Positions 29,714 to 37,620 of a stretch of DNA of 64,000 nt are shown here, in pieces; the stretch's first letter is position 1; each line of letters begins with the position of its first letter. The notes under the pieces were generated by a model. That model saw nothing but the letters and a program-made list of their open reading frames with translations. It did not search any database and was not told the origin of the DNA. The stretch comes from an uncultured delta proteobacterium. GTDB lineage: Bacteria > Desulfobacterota > Desulfuromonadia > Desulfuromonadales > BM103. The position numbers and the translations under genes were made by a program. Where the stretch lies: NCBI GenBank assembly GCA_963715335.1, contig CAVQRZ010000009.1, forward strand, positions 117,861 to 181,860. Reading direction: 5' to 3'.

Positions 29714-30133
29714 ATGACGGGCTGGAAATTTTTATGCGGATTTTTCATGGTGCTGACCCTGGTTGGCTGCAACTATCATGACAAACAGGTCGCCGAGGTC
29801 GGTGACAATAGCCTGGAAGACTTCGTCTCTGCCATGCGCTGGAAGCAATACCAGGTCGCGGCCAGTCTCATGCAGCCGGAATTCCGCCAGGAATTCATCA
29901 AGACCTTCACCGCGTTCAAAGATGATCTGCATATCTCCGATGTCAGGCAGGTGGATATGCAAATTTTCGAAGAGGGCCGACGCATAGAAACCGTTATTGA
30001 GATGGATTACACCCTGCTGCCTTCCATCACGCTCAAGACCTTTACCTTCGACCAGATCTGGATCTATACCGAGGAGAGCGATGCGGCGCAGGGGGGGTTT
30101 TTGATCGTCACCCCGTTTCCTGAATTCCCCTGA
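29714..30133 (+). CDS. Hypothetical lipoprotein
   Basis: LVGC lipobox after a hydrophobic stretch; the upstream part of the ORF overlaps grxC antisense and is excluded. Confidence 0.7.
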   Translation: MTGWKFLCGFFMVLTLVGCNYHDKQVAEVGDNSLEDFVSAMRWKQYQVAASLMQPEFRQEFIKTFTAFKDDLHISDVRQVDMQIFEEGRRIETVIEMDYTLLPSITLKTFTFDQIWIYTEESDAAQGGFLIVTPFPEFP

Positions 30134-30300
30134 GTTTGTGATCACGCCCCGCAAACCACTAATTAAACAAAAACGTGGCAGGCCGCTGCGCCTGCCTGCG
30201 GCGTGGCGGGTCGTGTCCGTGGTGCTGAAAAGCCTTGACTGCGGCGTCCCACTACGCTCAATTTTCCCTTGATTTACCCGTTATCCCTGTGGTATTTAGC

Positions 30301-30315
30301 TGCATACTGTATACA
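30301..30315. promoter_or_regulatory. Operator TGCATAC-T-GTATACA upstream of sfrB
   Basis: One mismatch to the palindrome at 53793-53807. Confidence 0.7.
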
Positions 30316-30426
30316 ATCATGAATAGAATGAAACATTCAGGCACATACCGCTACAAATAAGCGCTGAGGCGCTTTTTTTGCTGTGGTTCTGTGTGCTGAA
30401 AACCTGACCTGAATGGGAGGTTCAAC

Positions 30427-32376
30427 TTGGCTGAAGTCGTTTTTTCCAGCTGGGGCGGCAAGGTGATCGACAATCGGCAGGGCAAGGAACCGCAAGCTGC
30501 GGTTTTCAAGCTGCCGGAAAACTACCTTGATGAAGGCAAGATAGCAGCCTTCATGGGCTGGGACGGCGTGATCGTCCTGGACAAGGAGGTCGATGTTGTG
30601 ACCATGGCCGCCGAGTACATGCAGACTGTCCAGGAGAAGTACTGTTGTGCCAAATGCACCCCCGGGAAGCGCGGCACACGAGTCATGATGGACACTCTGT
30701 CCCGCATCCTTGCCGGCCATGGTGATGAAGGCGACCTGGACACCCTGTCCGGGCTGGCCGACCTGCTCGACAACTGCAAGTGCACACTCTGCATGACGGC
30801 CGCCAAACCGGTCCTCGATACCGTCATACATTTTCGTGAAGACTACCTGGCCTACCTGCGTGGCGAACGCAAGGCGAAAAAGGCCAAAGCCTATCACTCC
30901 AAGCTGACGGCACCCTGCATGGACCGTTGCCCGGCCCATATTGACATCCCGACCTACGTCGAGGAGATCAAGGACTATCGCCACGATGAATCGCTGGCGA
31001 CGATCCGCGATTACATGCCGATAGCAGCGGTCTGCGGCCGCGTCTGCCCGCACCCCTGCGAGTCAGCCTGCCGTCGTGCCCTGGTTGACGAACCGGTCAG
31101 TATCATGGTCCTCAAGCGCGTTGCCTCGGACCACGAGTGGCTGCACAATCACACCCCACCGATGCAGCCAAAGCCCTCGACCGGCAAAAAAGTCATGGTC
31201 GTCGGCGCCGGGCCTGCGGGCCTGACTACGGCCTACTACCTGGCCCTCGAAGGCCATCAGGTCAAGATCATCGACATGCTCAACGAACCGGGTGGTACGG
31301 TTGCTGTCGGGATTCCTGACTACCGCATGCCCCGCGACCTTCTGCAGCGTGAAGCCGACGTCATTGCCGCTCTCGGCGTCGAGATCGAATACGGCGTCAA
31401 GCTCGGTCGCGATCTCTCGTTGCGCGAGCTGAAAGAACAGTATGACGCGGTCTTTCTCGGCACCGGCGCATTCAAGTCAAAGCCTATGGGTGTTGAAGGC
31501 GAAGACCAGGGCTATGACGGCTTCTCCGAAGGCGGGATCCATTACCTGCGCAAGGTGGCGCTCGGTGAGCCGATCGTGACACCGCCACGCGTGGTGGTGG
31601 TCGGCGGCGGCAACACCGCCATCGACTGCGTGCGGGTTGCGCTACGCGAAGGGGCAAAGGAATCGATCCTGCTCTACCGCCGAACCCGCAAGGAGATGCC
31701 GGCCGAACCCTACGAGGTCGATGATGCCGAAGAAGAAAACGTCAAGTTCTTCTTTTTGGCGCTGCCGACCAAGCTGATCACCGTGGACAACAAGATCGTC
31801 GGCATTGAAGTGCAAAAGATGGAGCTGGGTGAGCCGGATGATTCCGGGCGTCGCCGCCCGGTGCCGGTCCCCGGCAGCGAATATATCCTCGACTGCGACC
31901 TGGTTATTCCGGCGATCGGTCAGGACCCCGACCTCTCTTATCTGGAGGATGGCGACTACGGCATCAAGCAGACCCGCTGGAACAGTATCGTCACCCACGG
32001 CGGCACCATGATGACGGACAACGAAGGGATCTTTGCCGGCGGCGACTGTGAATACGGCGCCATGACCGTCGTCCTGGCTGTCGGCCACGGCCGGCGCGCA
32101 GCCCGCGTCATGCACCGTTACCTGATGGAAGGCAAAGCGTACCTTGACGAAGAGGATGCCATGGAGGATATCATCAACGGCCTCGGCACCTTCGACAAGG
32201 AAGAGAATGTCGGTATCTGCGGCGGTCTGCATCGCGAGCACCAGCCGAAGGTGAGCGGTGCCGAACGGGCTCAGAATTACGAAGAAATCGAGCTCGCCAT
32301 GCCGGAGAGCCAGGCGGTACGCGAGGCGGAACGCTGCCTGCGCTGTTATCGGGTCGGCATGCTGGCAGTTAACTGA
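30427..32376 (+). CDS. sfrB: NADPH oxidoreductase beta subunit (SfrB-like; GltD-type flavoprotein with Fe-S clusters)
   Basis: VVFSSWG start typical of Geobacter SfrB; CGRVCPHPCE, GAGPAG and GGGNTAID motifs; TTG start with GGAGG. Confidence 0.88.
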   Translation: MAEVVFSSWGGKVIDNRQGKEPQAAVFKLPENYLDEGKIAAFMGWDGVIVLDKEVDVVTMAAEYMQTVQEKYCCAKCTPGKRGTRVMMDTLSRILAGHGDEGDLDTLSGLADLLDNCKCTLCMTAAKPVLDTVIHFREDYLAYLRGERKAKKAKAYHSKLTAPCMDRCPAHIDIPTYVEEIKDYRHDESLATIRDYMPIAAVCGRVCPHPCESACRRALVDEPVSIMVLKRVASDHEWLHNHTPPMQPKPSTGKKVMVVGAGPAGLTTAYYLALEGHQVKIIDMLNEPGGTVAVGIPDYRMPRDLLQREADVIAALGVEIEYGVKLGRDLSLRELKEQYDAVFLGTGAFKSKPMGVEGEDQGYDGFSEGGIHYLRKVALGEPIVTPPRVVVVGGGNTAIDCVRVALREGAKESILLYRRTRKEMPAEPYEVDDAEEENVKFFFLALPTKLITVDNKIVGIEVQKMELGEPDDSGRRRPVPVPGSEYILDCDLVIPAIGQDPDLSYLEDGDYGIKQTRWNSIVTHGGTMMTDNEGIFAGGDCEYGAMTVVLAVGHGRRAARVMHRYLMEGKAYLDEEDAMEDIINGLGTFDKEENVGICGGLHREHQPKVSGAERAQNYEEIELAMPESQAVREAERCLRCYRVGMLAVN

Positions 32377-32534
32377 GCTGTTTATGAAAAGACTTCAGAA
32401 CCCGGGGGAAACCCTTGAGGCTTCTGAACGTCGGATACCTGATTTCTCGCGAAACCTGGTCTCGACCTTACGACAGCTGTCGTAAGGAAGGAACCGCAAT
32501 ACTTCACTAGATTAACCATAAAAGGGCAGATTCG

Positions 32535-35087
32535 ATGATCAACCTCAAGATCGACGGCAAGGATGTTCAGATTGCACCGGGAGCGACTATTCTCGATGCA
32601 GCGGAGCAGCTGGGCATCAAGATTCCGACCCTCTGTTACCTGAAAAAAGTGTCGCCAACCGGCGCCTGCCGCATCTGCGCGGTGGAAGTCGATGGCGCGG
32701 ACAAGACCATGACCGCCTGCAACACCCGGGCGGTCAACGGCATGATCGTCACGACCCAGTCGGAACGCCTGAGCAGGATTCGACGCCAGATCGTCGAACT
32801 GCTGCTGGTCAATCACCCCCTTGATTGCCCGGTCTGCGACGCCGGCGGCGAATGCGACCTGCAGGATGTCTGCTACTCGCAGGATGTCGTTCGTCAGCCT
32901 TTCGAAGCTGATGACGTCAACGCCGGAACGATCGACCATTGGCCATTGATTCAGCAGGTCCCGAACCGCTGCATCATGTGCGAGAAGTGCGTCAAGACCT
33001 GCCACGAAACGATCGGTTCGAGCGCCCTGTTCGTCAACGAAAAAGGCGACAAGGCGTTTATCGACAAGGATGTCGACAAGTGTGACTTTTGCGGCAACTG
33101 CATACAGGTCTGCCCGACCGGCACGATGATTTCCAAGCCGTTCAAATTCAAGGCCCGCCCCTGGGAGCTGCGCAAGACTGCTTCTGTCTGCACCCTCTGC
33201 TCGGCGCAGTGCCAGGTCGACATGCACAGCAAGCAGGGCAAGGTCTTGCGGGTCACTGCCGAGGACGGCGTCACCGTCAACGACGGCAACCTGTGCGTCG
33301 GCGGGTTCTTCGGCCACGACTACCTGGCCAGCGACCAGAGGCTGACGACCCCCATGATTGAGGGACAAGCGGCATCCTGGGAGGACGCTCTTGACAAGGT
33401 GAGCGCGGCATTCTCCGGCTTGCGTGATGAACAAGGTGGCCGGGTTCTGGCCGGACTGGCCTCGCCGCACCTGACCAACGAAGAGAACTATCTCTTTCAG
33501 AAACTTTTCCGCGTCGCCCTCGACAGCAACAACATCGACTCCGAGGCACGCTTCAGCAGTCTGCGAGCGGCCAAGATTCTCAATGCCCAGCTCGGGCTGA
33601 GCGGTGCAAGCAACCCCCTCAACCGGGTTGGCAAAGCCGAGGCCGTGCTGGTCTTCGGTGCCGACCTGCGCTCCGAATCGCCGGCTCTCAACTGGCAGGC
33701 ACAGTTAGCTGCGCGCAAGAATGATGCAAAGCTGATCGTCGCCAACCCGCGCCGGGTCAAGCTGGTTCGCCAGGCCGAAAGCTTCCTGCAGTACCGGCCC
33801 GGCAGTGAAGCACATCTCGCCGGCGCACTGGCCAAGCTGCTGGTCGATAAAGGCCTCGCCGACAACGACTTCCTGAACCGTTGCGTCGGCAACCGCGATG
33901 AGCTCGACGCGTACCTGAGCAATTTCGACGTCGATGCTGCCTGCACGGCAACCGGCATCAGCCGCGAACGAATCGAAACCGCTGCCGACTATCTTGGTTC
34001 CGCTGCCTCTGTCGCCATCGTCTTCGGCCGCGACGTGATGGGCGCGGCCCAGGCCGAATCGGCGATTGCCGCGATTGCCAACCTGGCGCTGGTCACAGGT
34101 GCCTTGCACGGCGACCAGGGCGGTCTCTTTCCGGTGGCTCCCAAGGGCAACACCCAGGGCCTCATTGATGCCGGTGTGGCTCCTGAATTTCTCCCCGGAC
34201 TGCAAGACTACACGGCTGGCCAGGAGACCTTCGCCAAGGCCTGGCACTGCACGCTGCCGGAAGCCGGTGCCGACGCCGTCGGTATCCTGGAAGGCATCGA
34301 GCAGGGCCAGATCAAAGCCCTCTATCTCGCCGGAGCCAACCCCCTGGTTGCTTTTCCGGAAAATGCTCGCTGGCGCAAGGCCCTCGACAAGCTCGACATT
34401 CTGGTCGTCCAGGATATCCTGGCTAACGATCTGACCGCACTGGCAACCGTGGTCCTGCCAGGCGCGGCCTCTTCAGAAAAGCGCGGCAGCGTGACAGCCA
34501 TGGACCAGCGCGTCAGCAAACTGAGAATTGCCGTCGCAGCGCCGGGAGAAGCACGCCCCGATCTCGCCATATTGAGCGACCTGTTCGCCCGCCTGACCGG
34601 CAAACCGGAACCAAGCGAGAGCGCCCTCCGCCAGGAGATGATGAAGCTCAGCGGCAGCTACACCGATGTCTGCCAGGCTCTCGAGCAGAGCAACTTCTGC
34701 TGGAAGCAGCCCTACTCTCCAAAAGACCGGGCTCTGCTCGCGGCAGCACCTGAACTGGTCGCTCCGGAAGCTGCCGACATGAAGCTTATGGTCAGTAAAT
34801 GCCCCTTCCAGTTCGGCACCACAACGACTTACTCGGCAGCCAACAATGAACTGGCCCCGGAAGGGGTGATTATCGTCAACCCGGAAGACGCCGGCAAACT
34901 CGGCGTTACCGATGGCGGCAAGCTCAAGGTCACCGGCCCTGCGGGTTCCGCAAGCGGCAAGGTAATGATCCACGCAATGATGCCTGCCGGACTGCTCGCC
35001 GCATCGGACAACTTTGCCGGAATGAATATCCAGCAGATTATGCCGAGTGGCAGTAATTGCGTTCCCGTCACTGCCGCCAAAGCATAA
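32535..35087 (+). CDS. sfrA: NADPH oxidoreductase alpha subunit (SfrA-like; NuoG/FdhA-like)
   Basis: IPTLC, GACRIC, HPLDCPVCDAGGECDLQ, further 4Fe-4S motifs and molybdopterin-oxidoreductase fold. Confidence 0.88.
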   Translation: MINLKIDGKDVQIAPGATILDAAEQLGIKIPTLCYLKKVSPTGACRICAVEVDGADKTMTACNTRAVNGMIVTTQSERLSRIRRQIVELLLVNHPLDCPVCDAGGECDLQDVCYSQDVVRQPFEADDVNAGTIDHWPLIQQVPNRCIMCEKCVKTCHETIGSSALFVNEKGDKAFIDKDVDKCDFCGNCIQVCPTGTMISKPFKFKARPWELRKTASVCTLCSAQCQVDMHSKQGKVLRVTAEDGVTVNDGNLCVGGFFGHDYLASDQRLTTPMIEGQAASWEDALDKVSAAFSGLRDEQGGRVLAGLASPHLTNEENYLFQKLFRVALDSNNIDSEARFSSLRAAKILNAQLGLSGASNPLNRVGKAEAVLVFGADLRSESPALNWQAQLAARKNDAKLIVANPRRVKLVRQAESFLQYRPGSEAHLAGALAKLLVDKGLADNDFLNRCVGNRDELDAYLSNFDVDAACTATGISRERIETAADYLGSAASVAIVFGRDVMGAAQAESAIAAIANLALVTGALHGDQGGLFPVAPKGNTQGLIDAGVAPEFLPGLQDYTAGQETFAKAWHCTLPEAGADAVGILEGIEQGQIKALYLAGANPLVAFPENARWRKALDKLDILVVQDILANDLTALATVVLPGAASSEKRGSVTAMDQRVSKLRIAVAAPGEARPDLAILSDLFARLTGKPEPSESALRQEMMKLSGSYTDVCQALEQSNFCWKQPYSPKDRALLAAAPELVAPEAADMKLMVSKCPFQFGTTTTYSAANNELAPEGVIIVNPEDAGKLGVTDGGKLKVTGPAGSASGKVMIHAMMPAGLLAASDNFAGMNIQQIMPSGSNCVPVTAAKA

Positions 35088-35125
35088 GGCGGAACACAAC
35101 GCCCCGCAACAACGGGGCATTGTTT

Positions 35126-35659
35126 CAGGCTGCTGGATACGTTCAACCAGACTTCACGATAGAGAGGGCAACAGATTAAGCGTCTGTTGCCCTTTTCCAT
35201 TGGACGTTGGAAATCAAAGACAAAGGCAAAACCCGGGGGTCGCGCCCCCCGACTGCGCCTTACTCTTTTGTTGGCCCAAAAGAGTAAGCAGAAAAGGGCC
35301 TGCGCTGCGCTGGGCATGTCTGGTGCGTCAAGGCGGCAACCTCAATTCAGGCCATATTAACCGACTAAATGTTTACGCTTCCCCCGCAGGAGCCGAGGCT
35401 CTTGAGAGCCTCTCCTGCTGTGGAGACTTGCGTCGGTAGAGGTTCTTTTGGCTTTCCCCTTTTAAATCACAGAGAAAGGTCAGGCCCTTTGACACAGGGC
35501 CGGATCCCCATCAGTAAAGGTTTTTGAAGTCACAGAAATCAGGCCTAGGGGATGCCCTCCGCAAGGAGAAGGCACTTTTGCATACTTTTGTTGCCGGGCA
35601 AAAGTATGGCGTCGGGCGGGACGCGACCCGCCGGTTTTGTCTTTCAAAAAATGCTCAAG
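35126..35659. repeat. ~535-bp multi-hairpin non-coding repeat, copy 2
   Basis: Homologous and same orientation as 104-640. Confidence 0.9.
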
Positions 35660-35688
35660 ACAACAACTCAACCTTTTGATGATAGCCC

Positions 35689-35717
35689 TTGCAAAAAACA
35701 TGAGGTTTCTATATATT
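35689..35717 (+). promoter_or_regulatory. Probable sigma70 promoter of the small ORF
   Basis: TTGCAA-N17-TATATT. Confidence 0.55.
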
Positions 35718-35746
35718 GAATATACAATCAATCTACGAGGGAACAA

Positions 35747-35899
35747 ATGAAATCTTTACTGGTTCTTTTGGCCGTCATTGCCGCCTGGTACATCCTCAAC
35801 CGCTGGATTCTACCGCATTTTGGGGTTGAGACCTGACTCTCCGGAGCCTGTGAACTCCCCGTGCGGGAGGAAGACAAGGATGATGAAGGAAAAAGCTGA
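35747..35899 (+). CDS. Small membrane protein with in-frame TGA (codon 30), candidate selenoprotein
   Basis: GAGGGA RBS; MKSLLVLLAVIAAWYILNRWILPHFGVET-U-LSGACELPVREEDKDDEGKS*; terminator follows the second TGA. Confidence 0.65.
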
Positions 35900-35902
35900 C
35901 AT

Positions 35903-35937
35903 AAAAAAGCCCCGGCCGTAAAGGTCGGGGCTTTCTG
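35903..35937. terminator. Bidirectional terminator
   Basis: aaaaaagccccggcc-gtaa-aggtcggggctttct between convergent genes. Confidence 0.85.
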
Positions 35938-35952
35938 TTTCAATACCAGCCT

Positions 35953-36282
35953 CTAACGCAGGCTCGTGGCGCAGCGCGGGCAAGTGAACATGCTGGTGGA
36001 CGGCACCTTGTGACCGCAGGTCGGACAGTTGAACCAGTATCGGCAGTACTTGCATTGCGGGTCTGAAAGTCCCTGTTTTTTCTTGCACTTGGGGCATTGG
36101 CGGTACATCTTGCGATGGGTGATGTATTCTGCAAAGATCAGCCCGCACTTTGCGCAGACCTTGGCGTCCCGACGATGATTCGTGGCCTCGCAGCGCGGCG
36201 CCGGACAGACATAGACAGTATGACAGTTGTCACACCAGTTCTTGCCGCGCGTCATCTCTTTACATACCGAGCATTTTTCCAT
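35953..36282 (-). CDS. Cys-rich multi-zinc-ribbon hypothetical protein
   Basis: Eight Cys pairs in 109 aa; GAGG RBS. Confidence 0.8.
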   Translation of the reverse strand: MEKCSVCKEMTRGKNWCDNCHTVYVCPAPRCEATNHRRDAKVCAKCGLIFAEYITHRKMYRQCPKCKKKQGLSDPQCKYCRYWFNCPTCGHKVPSTSMFTCPRCATSLR

Positions 36283-36467
36283 CAGAACACCTCAAGCGCT
36301 TCTCGTCCGATATTAATTTCTGCCCCTACAACATAATCAATTGACCAACAAATTGCCAGTATGTTATCGGCAAGTTACTGATAAAACAGGGAATCATAGA
36401 CAGATAAAGCGCAAAATCAAAAAGCCGGACCGCTCGGCCCGGCTTTCAACTCCTGCGGGATGAAGAT

Positions 36468-36977
36468 CTAGTTGACCTTGAAAAACGCAACCGGGCCGGC
36501 CTGACAGATCGGGCAGGGGCCGTGCGGCTCTCCCTCCAGGGTGTTGCCACAGACCTTGCAGACATAGTAGTCAACATCCTGATTGTTGCCCAGATTGTCG
36601 AAAGCCTTCTGGTAAAGATCTGCATGGACCTTCTCAACCGCGTTGGCGAAGGTGAAGCTCCGCACCGCGGCATCGAACCCTGCGGCCTTGGCTGTTTTGA
36701 TCATCTCCGGATACATGCTTGTAAATTCATGGGTTTCACCATTGATCGCTTCCTTCAGGTTGGCCTTGGTACTGCTTATGCCGCCTGCCGTGCGCAAATG
36801 GGCGTGAGCATGGATCGTCTCGGCAGCAGCCGCGGCACGGAACAGCTTGGCGATCTGCTGGTGTCCTTCTGCGTCAGCCTTTTCTGCAAAAGCCAGGTAT
36901 TTGCGGTTGGCCTGGGACTCTCCGGCAAAAGCCTCCATCAGATGATCCTCAGTTTTACTCCCCTTCAATTCAGCCAT
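36468..36977 (-). CDS. Rubrerythrin family protein
   Basis: AFAGESQA, ETIHA, GETHE, EKVHA and C-terminal CKVCG...CPIC. Confidence 0.95.
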   Translation of the reverse strand: MAELKGSKTEDHLMEAFAGESQANRKYLAFAEKADAEGHQQIAKLFRAAAAAETIHAHAHLRTAGGISSTKANLKEAINGETHEFTSMYPEMIKTAKAAGFDAAVRSFTFANAVEKVHADLYQKAFDNLGNNQDVDYYVCKVCGNTLEGEPHGPCPICQAGPVAFFKVN

Positions 36978-37095
36978 GATTCTCTCCTTTCAATGAAAAT
37001 AATTTGACAAACATAAAAGCAGATCAATATTATCGATTTCGCTGGGCATGTCAACCACGTGTATTTTTTCTGTAATGACTATGGAGTAACGCCTA

Positions 37096-37554
37096 ATGTC
37101 AATCTACCGAGTAGAAAAAACCGAGCTCCCGGTCGTGGTTTTCCAGGCTGATGGCTCGGTCATGAAGGGCGTCGTGTTCCTGAGTGCTGCAACTTATCGC
37201 CCCGTGAGCAAACAGACTCTGCACGAACTGATGAAGGAGGCCGGCGACTTTTTCCCGTTCCGAAGCGATGCGGGGAAATTCTGCATCGCCAACAAGCAGA
37301 CCATCACCCATATCCGCTATGAACCCCGGCAAAACAACCCGGAGCAGCACCCGCTGGGACACAGGGAAGATGTGGACGTCAAGTTTGTCGGCGGTGAACA
37401 GCTGACCGGTACCGTGACTATTGAAATGCCGGCAGGGAAAAGCCGCCTGTTTGATTTTATCAACGCGCTGGAGGGCTTTTTCATGCTGCAGAACCAGGAG
37501 GCGCATTACCTGGTCAACGTCCGGCAAATCCGCGATATCAATCCAAGACCTTGA
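37096..37554 (+). CDS. Conserved hypothetical protein (two internal repeats, DUF6812-like)
   Basis: GGAG RBS; repeated G-x-V-x-L/I ... L-x-E/D-x-x-N/K ... FF pattern. Confidence 0.7.
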   Translation: MSIYRVEKTELPVVVFQADGSVMKGVVFLSAATYRPVSKQTLHELMKEAGDFFPFRSDAGKFCIANKQTITHIRYEPRQNNPEQHPLGHREDVDVKFVGGEQLTGTVTIEMPAGKSRLFDFINALEGFFMLQNQEAHYLVNVRQIRDINPRP

Positions 37555-37620
37555 ACGGCCGGCCGGGATCCCCGTCGGCTTTTTTTGACCGCAAAGCTCT
37601 GCCGTCAAGCGATATCTGGT

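Noticed and set aside
32535..35087. Formate dehydrogenase or NuoG call
   Set aside because: Pairing with an SfrB-like flavoprotein and the lack of an evident Mo-ligand Cys/Sec motif or nuo neighbours favour SfrA
36218..36236. CDNCH as a c-type heme motif
   Set aside because: No signal peptide, and it is one of eight zinc-ribbon-type Cys pairs
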